The notes below the pieces were generated by a model. It was not told where the DNA came from. It was given only the letters and a program-made list of their open reading frames with translations, and did not search any database. Shown one piece after another: positions 23,794 to 35,798 of a stretch of 48,787 nucleotides of DNA (its first letter is position 1; each line of letters begins with the position of its first letter). Where the stretch lies: positions 1-48,787 of the forward strand of contig JAHBMJ010000398.1 of the NCBI GenBank assembly GCA_018398765.1. Reading direction: 5' to 3'. The stretch is from Chromera velia. Its lineage: Eukaryota. The position numbers and the translations under genes are program-made.

Positions 23794-26700
23794 TTACGGC
23801 AACCAATCCTCAAAGAATGCATCCATGTGAGACAGCAGCTGGTACCTGCACATACAGCCGAGGCAACATCCGATTTTTGCACGCAGTCACGACAACCGCC
23901 TTCCAGCAACAGCACGCAGCTATGAAACAACCGATCCAGCCAAAACAGATTGCCGAGATGCTTCATTTCAAGTCTCGATCAGCTGCGGTGACACCGAGGG
24001 AGGATGAGGGGCACCAGCAGGTCGGAACGTGCAGTGCACGAGAGAAATACGAACGAGCCTGGCAGTAGGAAGAGACCGACACGGCACGAAGAGCAGAGGG
24101 ACAAACAGAATGTGACGTGAGTGCACTCAAAATCTCATGCAACACTCTCCCAAGATTTCCCCACTCTGGTACAATCAACGAATACTCTGTGCACAGTGTG
24201 AAGTGAAGCATAGACTCGCACTCCAAATGAAACCAAGCCAAATTTTTTGTGAGACAAACGCAAATTTCAAACGGGAACGAACGAACCTGTCAGTTGCGAT
24301 TCTGGCGACCGTGGTGCTTTTGGATATCGACAGTCGTATCAACAGGTGGTGGCACGGAGGCATGAAGATGATCACGTAGAGAGTGTCCAGAGAGAGCGAG
24401 TCTGATTTACCAACTCTTGTGGGAACCCGCGTAGGCTCCCCCCCCCAGTAAGTAGTGTCCTGCTCTCTCATGAATGCCAGACGGTGTGAGTTGGGAACCT
24501 CGAAGGCCTCCTCTTGCTCAAAGTCAAAATCCTCGGCCTCTATCCGCATGCCATCCCAAATTTGATGGGGGGCACTTGGACTGGACCGCTGTTGTGCCTT
24601 CATCGTAGTATCAGAGGATACCCTTGGGGCTTCAGCGTCTCTGTCACTGTCTGAACTGCCCTCTCCGTTTTTTCCGACTCGGGGATGGAGAGAGGAAAGA
24701 GGGATCACAAATGGAAAGAGACGGGTTGCTGCCAGCCTGTGTACTCTTGAGCGAGAAGCTTCTAGGACCTGCAAAAAGAAAGCACCAAGTAGAGAGAAGA
24801 GTCAACATAGAAAGGATCAAAGAAAAAGAAATCGAGGTTGCGGGAATGAGACGAAATGGAACAAAGGCAAAATCTCAACCGACAAACTCTCGTTCGCTCA
24901 CACAAACACAATTTCTTTAGAACTTACCTGTTTCTGTCAAAAGGGAAGCAAAAGACCGCCGATAGTCATTTTTCGGAGTAAGGAAGAAGAAAGACAAACA
25001 AGCTATTTCTCACAAGACCTTGACCGGAGAAATCTGATGAAGGGTACGGCCACAACACCAATCAACGTTGTCACGATGAGAATGCAGAGGCCGGTCTACC
25101 AATTCCGCCGCATGCCGCTCATGGGCGGCTGGAATGAACGCGATTGTGACAAACTCTCACGCAAGTGTGACAACCTCTCACGCAAGTGTGGACCAACTCT
25201 CAGGCGAGTGTTACAAACTCTCAGTCGACTGTGACAAACTCTCAGGCAAGTGCGACAAACTCTCAGGCAAGTGCGCAAACTCTCAGGCAAGTGTGAAAAA
25301 CTCACTGCTAGATGGCACTCCATGAATGTGTCTGTCTGTGCATCCATCTGCCTTTCGAATGAGCGGCAGGGAGGAAGAGGACCTGCCAAGCTGACCTTGA
25401 CGGATCTGCACATGCGTTTGTCTCTCCACAGAAGTTCAAAAAAGGGGGCCCACAGAACATGGGGCACGCGAACCTGCAGGTCCCACCAGGACGATCACTC
25501 GCAGCAATGAAATCAGAGAGGAGGGACAGGCAGACAAGCTAACAATCAATCCTCAAAGGGCAGCCAGATCCGGACTCACAACAGCGGCAAGCAGATTGTT
25601 GAATGGAGGAAAAGGATTTCCTTCGACGTCTCTACAGACTTCATGCATCCTTGACTCTGCTGGTCATTTTGAGAGAGGGCAAGAAAGAGAAGCGGAAGAG
25701 CCTGTAGAGAGAAATCCTTCGTTGTGAAGACAGGAACGGAAAGCGGTTGAGCGCACACATGTACGCACACCCGCACAAGCCCGTACACGCACCAACCCAC
25801 CCACCCCCACACATACGCACACACATAGACACACGCACATACAGAGAGGGAGAGAGGAGAGAGCGGCATGCATTGCACACTCTTATACGGACAGTCACTG
25901 ACAGGCAAGAAAAGGTCTTGGAAGGACACCTGGAACTTCTCGAGGCTGCCCAGAAAGACGCGTCCCTGCAGCAGCACCAGAACAGGAGAGACGACAACAA
26001 CCAGACACAACTTCATTGACATTCCTCCAGCGAGCAGAAAAGGGAGAGAATGCAACACCTCCGGCTTTTCTACGGCTCAGGGACACGCATCCCTGCAATA
26101 GACCCACCGAAAACGGTAAATTTATTTAAAAGCCTTGTCTATGGGAGTGAGCGCCAGTCCGCACGCGTCTCTCTTTCTCGCAAGTGATCCCCCCCATTTC
26201 ACCGCAATTCATATTCACAAATCGGCCGAGAGGTCTGGATCGAAAGAGTCCGTATTTTTCTGCTTGGCTTTCCTCTTGCTCTGAGCCCACCCTAGCTATT
26301 TTCTTGCGAATGCCTGCACGCACTTGAGAGGAGAGGAAGGCACCCACCCACCTGGGCATCGTTGAAAGTGACGCTGACGTCAAACCAAGTAGGCACAGGC
26401 TCCAGAGGGCGCATCTTCACAAGCAGCTTGTACAGATGAGGGAAGGCCTCCACGTCCCCTGCTGCCTGGTCAAGGGGACCGCCGGAAGCTGCCCCCCCAT
26501 TTTCGTGGTTGTCTCTGCGGCTCTCTCGATCTCTCTCCTCTCTCCCTTCCTCATCAACCCCCTCCTCTGGCAAGGAGACGGCCGCCAGGCTGTACGCGCT
26601 CTGTTGCTGTGCGTCTGAGAGATCCGCTAAGAAGGGAATGTGAATCGGGGGGAGGGGGTGGTAGTCTGGACAAGCACTGAATGAAATTTCTGCTCCATAA

Positions 26701-28676
26701 ATCTCCTCCGGGAGCCTTATCTCTCTCCCTCTCGCATCTGACGCTCTCAGCTTCTGCCTGCAAGGAGGAAAGAAAGAGAAGGGGAAAGAGACTGGTGTAG
26801 ACAAGCATAAATAAAATTTTTAGAATGGACAGAAAGAAAGGCTAAAGAAAGCATCTAAAGCTTGACATGAACGTCATCATCGTCCCTTCACGGAATTGCA
26901 GTCGTTGCTCCTTACTGAAAGAATACAAAGAGAGCAGAGCAGAAAGCGGAGAGAGACCTGAAAGACGAAACTCCTGTTGACTTACTTATTCATTCGACGG
27001 AGTTTCTGCAATGCCCAAACTCTTCTCTTTCTTGCAAGAAGCTCTGGCGGTTCGGGCACAAACGCTGCAGCACTGCTCTCTCTCTCCGTCCGCGACTGTC
27101 CATCCCATGCACCCCACGGCCCCGGCACACCCCCTCCTCCTCTACCAAATCCACTACGATAATCCCCCACTCCCCTCACATGGTCACTCTCCCCACCGGG
27201 CGACGATCCCTCCAGCTCCCCCCCCATGTTGTTGGACATTCTCTTCCTGGTATCCAGGGAAGCTCCTCCTTCCGATAAAGGCAACCTCAAGACTTCTACA
27301 CCTTCTACAGGCGATAACGACAAAGACGTCTGGTCCCCTTCCCCCCTGTCTGTCTCTGCCTCCCCCTCGCCTCCATCCCCACCCCCGTCACCCTGATCCG
27401 ACTCTTCATCAGGCAGGTGCTGCACAAAGGCAAAATGACTCACAAACCCCCCACGCTCATCTGCAGCATTAGAATTGACTCTCACATTTGAGCCCTGTCC
27501 CGTACTTCTCTTTGAATGCAACTGCGCCCCCCCGTCTCCATTCATTTGCATTTGCCGTGAGGAGGCATCTGGAGACTCGGCTTCGAGCGATCGCAGCACT
27601 CCGTGGTCAATCTCGTGAGTGCGGTATCGGAACACAAAGGGAACTCTCACGAGAGCCGGCTCTGCTTGCACATGGGCGCAGTAAAGCTTGAAGGCCTGCT
27701 TGATCACCGGAACAGTCAGGGGCGTCTCTTCGGGCGGCGGGACCCCGAGGGCCTTCAGAGGATCGAAAAACCAGTCGGCCCCAGGGAGCTCCCCCCACTT
27801 ACGGAACCATGGAAGCTCCTCAAACTCGGGGGCGGTTTCGTCATCCTCTGCTGCACCGCTGCTGCCCGCACTGGTCGGCAACCTGTCTGCGGGAGGACTT
27901 CCCTCTCCAGCAGTCGCAGGCTCAGGGTCTTCCTTTTTCTTCAGTCTCGTGCCCGTTGTCTTCCCACCTTTCTCAGCTTCTCCTCTTCCACCTTTTCTTT
28001 TCTGAGGTCTCGGCGGCACGGGAGCGAGGGAGAAGACGGCGGCCCCTCTGTCCTGGAGACCCAGTCCCCTCCTCTCTGCCAGGCTCTTTCGCAGAGTGAG
28101 GAACGGGAGGGCCCCACCTTTGATCCTGCACTCACTCACACGCACGCACACACACATGCCGTTGTGCATTCACGTTATCCCTCCCACGCTCACGCACTGA
28201 CTTTCGCAACCATTTACGCACACATGAAGGGACGTATGGATGGACAAGGGCAGAAAAAAAGGAAAAAGGGCTTTCGCACTTTCGCATTTATCAACAACCT
28301 GTGCGAGAAAGTGATTGAGAACATCATGTCAGCACGCCTGTATCTGGGAGAGAGAACGAAGAGGCGTACACCGTCGTGAGCGCAAAACGAACTTTTTTCT
28401 GTCAACATCGAGGCCCCACAAAAATGATCCATGCATGCGGATGAAGCCACGCATGCATTCACTCTTCAGGCGGTTCAATCCACCGTATCGATACAGAGAA
28501 ACACAGACAGAGCAGAGAAGAGAAAGCAAACAAAACAAAAGAAGGCCCATCCATGCCTTCGAAAGAAAGACTCACCAATAGGTCTCAGGAACCACGGGAG
28601 TCAGGCGTTCGCGGATTCGATCGAGGACTGCGGCGTCGTGCCGGAGAATTCGGCCTGCAATGACGAGAAACACACA

Positions 28677-28708
<32 letters not shown>

Positions 28709-29066
28709 ACAAAGGGAAAGAAAGTCTATCAGAAGAACCAGCAGATCACCTGTATGACTTCAGGCAGGCACGCAGAGACACATGCACATACACACAGGGC
28801 GAGAGAAAGAGAGATAGAGAAAGGGAAAAAAGGAGAATGCCATTCAGTCATCCCCCTGCACGCACTCTCACTCCTCGACAGACTAAGTATCTGACAGACC
28901 AAGAGCGGGAGTCCCAGCTGTCGCCATCAGTCTCAGCAGCTGCGTAGCGCCGTCGCGGAGGTCCACGACCTCAGTGCGTCTGGCAATCTGCTGCAACAGG
29001 CTCCCGGCAGCCTCAAACACAGACGCCTGGGGGTGGTAGAGGAGAATTTCCCTGCACACACACCCC

Positions 29067-29105
<39 letters not shown>

Positions 29106-32100
29106 AACAGGAAACAAAGAGATGCACGGACACGCAGATGACGAGGCGTCAACACTGCATTGGGATTGCGGCACGTACGCTCTTTGTCCCTGTGGGCAAT
29201 GCTCAAGCGGGGCACACAGGGGCTTTGATGCAAGGGAGGAACCGATCGAGAAGAACAAATTGCAAAGCCTTTCTGTAGAGCACACCGCAAGATGAGAAGG
29301 GTAAGCACCCTCTCCCTCGGATCAGAGAGCAGGAAGGCATACTTCCTTACCTCTTCGAAGCAATAAAAGTGCTTCATTAGTGTCGTTTCACTATATCTTT
29401 CCCGGTCTCCCGGTCTCTACATATCCCTGCCTCAATCTGCCTATGTCTGCCGCCAATACTCAGAATTTGCCTATCAGCTCGGGGGCAGAAACTCCATTCC
29501 TGCCTGGCACACACAAAAAAAAAAAAACCAAGAAGTCGATCGCCTTCAGGCCCTGCCTACCTGACGACTGCCAGGACGCGCACCCCCACTTCCCAGTTGT
29601 TCAGTGCAGCCCCTGAACCCGCGAGGCGAGCCACAGCCCGCATCGCGTGCTGCACTACCACCTCGAGGGATGCCGTCTGGGCCAGAGTGACCAGAAGGGC
29701 AAAGTAGTTGCGCAGTCGGGAGGGAGGCTCGAGAGATGCAACAAAAGCCCCAAGACAGGCAAGGAGGCGGCTACCGACTGCTCTCTCCTGCACAGCACAG
29801 GGAGGGATGAAACGGGATGTGGAGGAGGAAGGGGGGAAAAAAGAGAGCGTCAAAGAGTGCGACAGACAATGCATGAAAGAAAAGGGAAATCGGGAGATTG
29901 GATTGACTTAAGGGTTCTTTAGCGACAATCAAGAATGACGCCATTCCACTCGTCTACGGCACTCGGTAGTCTCTTTCTACTCACACACAGCTGAGATCAA
30001 TAGCTCTTGCCATCCGTTTTGCTTCTCCGAACATGTCTCTCGATCGCTTTATGCCACTCTGCCACTCACAGGATGGACACATGGATTCGATGATACATGA
30101 ACGTTTTTCTGCTGCCTCACTCACTTTTGCTCCCATTCCCAGCGCACGCCTCGTCAGTGCCAACACTGAGGTCATCAGCTGCTTCGGGTTACTTCCAACA
30201 AACCCACACATTTCCCTGCACACGCCAGCCTCCTCGTCAGCCCGCAGACCGAAGGCGCGGATCAAACGCAGCTGCAAATCAAATTCAACAAGAGGGACCA
30301 CAGAAGACGTATAGAAACAGAGAAGGCAGAGAGAATAGCAACACAAAACGGACCCGCACGACAGAAATCTAGGTCATACCTCCGATTCCGTGGTCCGGTA
30401 CTTTTTTGTCCTTTTGGCTGGCGAGCAGTCCGACAACTCAGCAGTCTCAACAGAACAGAAGAGAAGAAAAGAGAAGAAGACATGTCACAGTGATACGGAC
30501 ACATGAGAGACTCGCATACCAATATTCTTCATCCATGAATCCTTCAATACATCAAGAGAGCCAGCCGGGGAGCCAGACCGACTGCAAAGACAAACAAGGC
30601 AAACCTACCAACCCACCCACCCACCACGAAACGGAAGACCACCGCGTGTGCTCCTACGGGCCTCGCACAGAATCTGTACTCGCTGAGGGATTCCAGCACA
30701 GAGAGGAGTTGCGAAGGCAGCTTCCTCCCCCTTCTCTGGAAGCAGACCAGCAATGCCTGGAGTTTCACCTCCTTCAGTTCTGCATGGAGAAGGAAGAAAA
30801 TAGTATGTGCACATGCTCTTTCACGTGCAGAGACAGGCGAGACCTACGGAGGCAGGCAGGTAGACAATCAGGCAAGGCAACAGACAAACTTGAAGACTCA
30901 GAAAAAGCGAAGAGACAACGAAAGAAACGGACCAAGAGGGTCATGCCATCTTGGGCAGAGGTCCTCTGTGGAGTTCAGAATCAATCTTTCCATCAGCCGC
31001 CGTGTCTTTGTGCTTCCTGCCTCAACAATCAGCCCGCTGTCTGCTGCTTCAATCATCCTTGAGCGTCCCCCTTTCTTCACATCCTCTTTGGCCGATCCAC
31101 CGTCCTTCATACCCTCGCCCCCCACAGAAACAGAAGAAGAAGACCCCGGAAGGTGAGGGTCCGGGGCCGGGAAAGCGAAAGCCAGAAGCCAACGCACAGC
31201 CAGCAGACGGAAGCACGGCTCGACAGCTGGATTCTGAATTGCTCCGAGTAGCCGCGCGAAAGTGGACTCACAGACGTCCTGCACCGCGCAAATATGGAAC
31301 AAAACCAAGGCAACAATTACTGGTTGAAAAGAAAGGTGGCTCACTTCTTTCATCTTCTTATTTTCTCACTGAAGCACAAGAATCCACCCCGAAGCACAAG
31401 AATCCACCCCGCTAGGTGATTGCCTTTTGCAATATTGTGAGTTCGTAAATGGTTGGTACGCTGATCAGCGTACCGAATGCCCGTCTGTGTGATCAAAGCA
31501 ACGCTCAGTGAAAAGACATGCTTTGAATACCCAGCTCTGCCCCGACGCTGCAGGTGTTCTTGGTTTTCTCTTCTCTGGAAAGACGAAGCACAAAGGCACA
31601 GACGCAAAATTGATTGCGCAAAGAGACAGACAGGAGGAGACAATGTTTCACTCACGTCCGGGAGTTCGTGTGCGAAGAGAGAGGCAGCCTTAAGGAAGGC
31701 ATGTATGAGGGTGGGGCGGGTCGAGTGGAGCATCGGGCCGAAATGATGGAGGAGGACGCGGGCGGGAAGGGCCAGGACGCTGCATGCATGGCAATATCGA
31801 TTCACCTCCTCACCATCCATCCATGCATCAAGGGGTTCCAGTCCCGTCAGGAAGGCGGGCAGCAGAGGAGGGGAAGAGAGAAAAGAGAAATGGGGAAGAT
31901 AAATGGAGCCCTTCCGTGGCTTTGATCTTTCTGTCTCTGTGTCCGCCTGCGTACTCTCCATGCACCGATTTTGCTTGTTTCGCTTTTGTGTCTCGTGTGA
32001 GCAGCAAAGCAGACGGTTGACTTAACGCTGGAAGAAAGCTCAAAAGATCGAAAACGCAAAGAAAGGATTTCTAACCAACCACAGGACAAGTCAAATCGAA

Positions 32101-35068
32101 AAGCGGAGAGAGAGCTCGTTGTGATTCGTGCAGCCAAAAGAGAGAGCTCTGATCCTCCGATTTGATAAGGGCCTGGGACCATTCAAGGAACCCAACTTTT
32201 GGATGTTGAAGCGTTTGCATGAAAATGAATGGTGTCTGTCTGTCACACCACAGAGAAAGGAAGAACAAGAAGAGAGAAAGTCAGTCAGACTGACCGCGAG
32301 AACAGAGCTAGTCTCTGTGCGACTCTGAGTCGAGTCCAGTCAGAGAAGAAGGGGAGGCCGTCGAACACCAGAGCGAGTGCACGGACGAGGGTCTTCAGGA
32401 GTTTCCTCGGGAGACGAGGAGGAGACAGATCGAGAGGGAGATGAAGATTCGGCAGGGGGGTCCTACTTGTACATCTGCTGACTGCAACAAAGGAATGGGA
32501 GAATATGCACATCGACGTACAGATGCCGATGGATGGACTGCAAACGTGAGTGTTCTTCTTGAATCTCGGAAAAAAGTGACACATAAATCTTCTCTCTCCG
32601 CTACGGCTCCGAAAAGAAAATTGGATAGACAGGTCGCAGCACTACCCGGGAATCAACAAGCCTCCTTGCTTCCTCCGTCCCCTCGTCGAATCTCCTCATC
32701 TGGTCCTCCCTCCAAATCTGGACCCTTTTGACAGACAAACCTTGCGTGCATGAAAGCCTTGAATGATCTACAGTGCTCATGGCAGCATGACTTACTCACT
32801 GACTGACTGACTGACTCCAAAATGTTCGTCCAGGAAGTTGAGGGCCAATTCCTCCTGGAGGTGGGAGCACGGCCCTACTTAGAAGTTCTGCCTCTCGAAG
32901 GGCAAACTTTCGACCCCTCTCGCGGTCTGTCTCCTTCTCAACACCACTACCACCACTCTCCCTTCCCCTCTCCCACTCTCTCTCCCGGTGCTCCTCCTCC
33001 CCCCCCCTCCCCCTAGCCTCGCGTCCACTGCGCAGAGACTGCGCATGCGAGTGAGGGACTCCCGTGGCCGCAACTGGGGCTGCCCCCGAAAACGCAGACT
33101 CAGATGGCGGTATGCGCAATGAGGGTGTCACGGTGCTCACAAATGAGGAACCATGGCCTGAATGTGCTCCTTCAGGGTCTGTCTGTTGTAGAAAGGGCGC
33201 AAGGTCATTGACAGAGAAGTCAGAAACTCCACTTGCAGACGAGCCTGTCTCCCACTCCATATGCACAGTCCCGCTCCTTGACAAAGACGAGACGGGAGAC
33301 GAACAAGAACGACCAGAATCACTCAAATCGTCTGCCTCCGTGCTGCCTGCTCCACCCATTCCGACTCCTCTATGGACACTCACACCCAGAATGCTTTCTC
33401 TCTCTTCTTCATCCTCACCACCCCTTTCTCTTTCATCAAGTCGACTCCTTCTGTCTTTCTTGCTCTTTTTCTTTTTCTTCCCTTCCCGTCTCCCCCCCTC
33501 TGTCTTTCCCTTTCGACTCCCTCTCTCTCTCCCTCTCTGCCCACTGTCCGTCAACACGCTGCTCCCAAGAGCATAAGAACCACTCTCAAGGTACAAGAGG
33601 GAACGCGCACGCAAATGTTCAAAAAACAAATGACGGTCCTCTTCGGACAAGTCAGACGCTGCTTCTCTCTCGCCCGCGGTGCGTCTCTGTCTTTGTTCCT
33701 GTAAAAACGCTTCGGCCACGACCCTTTCAAGGTAATGAAGTCCAACAGTCAGATACAAACGCGTGTAGCTCTCTGATACATGAAGCATCTCTGCAGACAC
33801 GAGAGATCCTAGGTCCAACTTCCGTTTCTTCCCCCCCTGCTGTACTGTGCCGGGGGCAGGGAACGGAGATGCACCCGCTGCGGGACGATGAGCAGCCGCC
33901 CCCCGGTTCCCCCCTAGTTGCCCCCCCCCCTGCACTGCCCATTCCTCCTCCCCGTCTCCCCTCACACCAACTGTCGAGGGGCCAAAAGGCGGCACCTCCA
34001 CGCCCCCTGCCGCCCCCCCGCCCTGTTGGAGTCTCCCAGGCACAGGGGGACAGAAGGCGTCCTGCACCGAGAAGGTAGGGCCCACGGACCAGTCAGGACC
34101 CAACAGAGGGAAGAGCAGACCTGCAGGCAGGAATGAGACGAGGAGAGGGCGTGGCGAAGGGATGAAGAGGCGAATTAAAAAGAGGGAGTGAGATCCTGCC
34201 TCGCAAACAACTGTTTCGCTTCCGTCCGTCTGCCCTGTTTTTCCCATGCGTATTCATTCCGCCTTCTTTCTTTCGTACACGCTTGTCCATGATTACTGAT
34301 CAGGAATTCAAGACAACGGAAGGAACCCGGTTCTGCTTCGCACACATCCAATTTGATTCTATGCAGTTTGCACATGCGTACACACTTGTAGACACGCGTC
34401 ACACACACACACACACACACATACATACATACATACATACATACAGAGCTCACACCCTTGGACATGCATCTCTTTCCCCTATTGTCGTTTACTCTGTGCA
34501 TGTGTCCACACAATTTTCCCCCTCCGTGCTGACCCGGAAAGGAGAGCTCCAATTCGTGTAGGCACTCGCACGCGAAGGCCCGGAGGTTCCTGTCGGCAGA
34601 GGAGTTCACCTGCTGAATGATGTCGCAGAGGGAGTCCACGAAAGCAGTGAACACAACCGGTTGCTCCTCGCAGCACTCGAACTGGATCAGGAGAGAGGTG
34701 TACGTCACCAGAACATGGGCCTTTAGCTCGGTCGTCTCGGCGAAGGTGCGGTGGTATTGTCCCTGCTGGGAGGGCCCCGCTCCCGGTGACGAGAGGACCT
34801 GGTCAAGGACTGAAAAGACGTACTCGAGGCATGCCGGGGTCTCTATCAATTGTCTGCAGTGTTCCTCAATGACTGCAAGGGCCCCGACGCAAACAGAGAC
34901 GTCATTCTCGTAGAAGAGTGCCTTGAGGAGTTCTCGCAGTTCCTCGGAGACGCCCAAGTCACGAGAGTCTCCGTGCCCCCCCAGAGCTCTGTCCTCGGAC
35001 GAACGCGACTCTCTCTTCTTCGTCCCCTGCATGAACCCCCCCACGCCCCTCCCATCCTCACTCAGCAT
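23794..35068 (-). CDS. AP5B1: AP-5 adaptor complex subunit beta-1 (multi-exon)
   Basis: Exons carry recognisable AP5B1 motifs in the right order: VNSSADRNLRAFACECLHELELSFPG|LL, RLLAVRWLLAF, LCPRWHDPL..VKLQAL, NWEVGVRVLAVVR, VDLRDGATQLLRLM, EIYGAEISF..PIHIPFL, PLEPVPTWFDVSVTFNDAQ|GRVFLGSLE..FQDLFLP, FFELLW, IFMPPCHHLLIRL..ARIATDR|YQLLSHMDAFFEDWLP* (last exon 23845-23794, TAA). The start codon is uncertain. Confidence 0.88.
25143..25306. repeat. 21-bp intronic minisatellite (consensus gtgtgacaaactctcaggcaa, ~8 copies)
   Basis: Tandem units are seen directly and lie in an AP5B1 intron. Confidence 0.9.
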
Positions 35069-35299
35069 CTAGCGCCAAGAGCAAACACCTGTGCCCTGAG
35101 GTCACAGAGCTTTGATATCCATGCCGCCGGACAACAACATATCATTGCCTCAAGCGTCTCTTCTGCAACAAAGAACGGTTATGAAGTAAAATCATTCAGA
35201 ATATAAGATTCACTGAATAGAGAACGGGACATGAGGAAGAAACAAATCAAGGACCTGTGAGAAGGACGTGCAAAGCCGCTAGAGTTCGTCATACTTCGT

Positions 35300-35790
35300 C
35301 TGTTTTCGGCGGAGACGGCGCTGCTATTTGATTTTTCAAGCTCGGTCAAATCGGGCGGCGCGCCATGCATGCATGGGCTCGCCGCCATGCAGGGAAATTG
35401 CAGGGAACGTCGCCATACGTCGCCGCGGCGCGGCCGCGGGCCGCGTCCATCTATGCATGCATGGAGACGGCAGATCGGAGGTAGACGGCTGGACTGCCAG
35501 GCCCTGTCTACCATCAATTAAAGACTGGACAATACGCTGGGCACCGAGACTGTGCGCTGGACGTCCAGTACAGTGATGTGCATGAGCTTTGACCAGCTGA
35601 ATTGGAGAAGAGGGCTTCCTTTTGTGGCAAGAACGACCCGGAGAGTCGTGGCGGAGACCTCACGCGCATTTCGTCAATTCGTTCCCCACATGCATGCCTG
35701 CATGAATGAATCCAGGCATTGAGAGAGGTTGATGCAGCGCACTAGACACTTCCTGAAGAGCGTCAGCCTCTCTGCTGGACGAAAGCCCAA
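35300..35790. promoter_or_regulatory. Bidirectional promoter between AP5B1 and the PPR gene
   Basis: The divergent ATGs (35068 minus, 35799 plus) are about 730 bp apart. The region has a GC-rich core at 35420-35447 and repeated ATGCATGCAT/GCATGC motifs (35365, 35453, 35690). Confidence 0.6.
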
Positions 35791-35798
35791 ACACTGTC

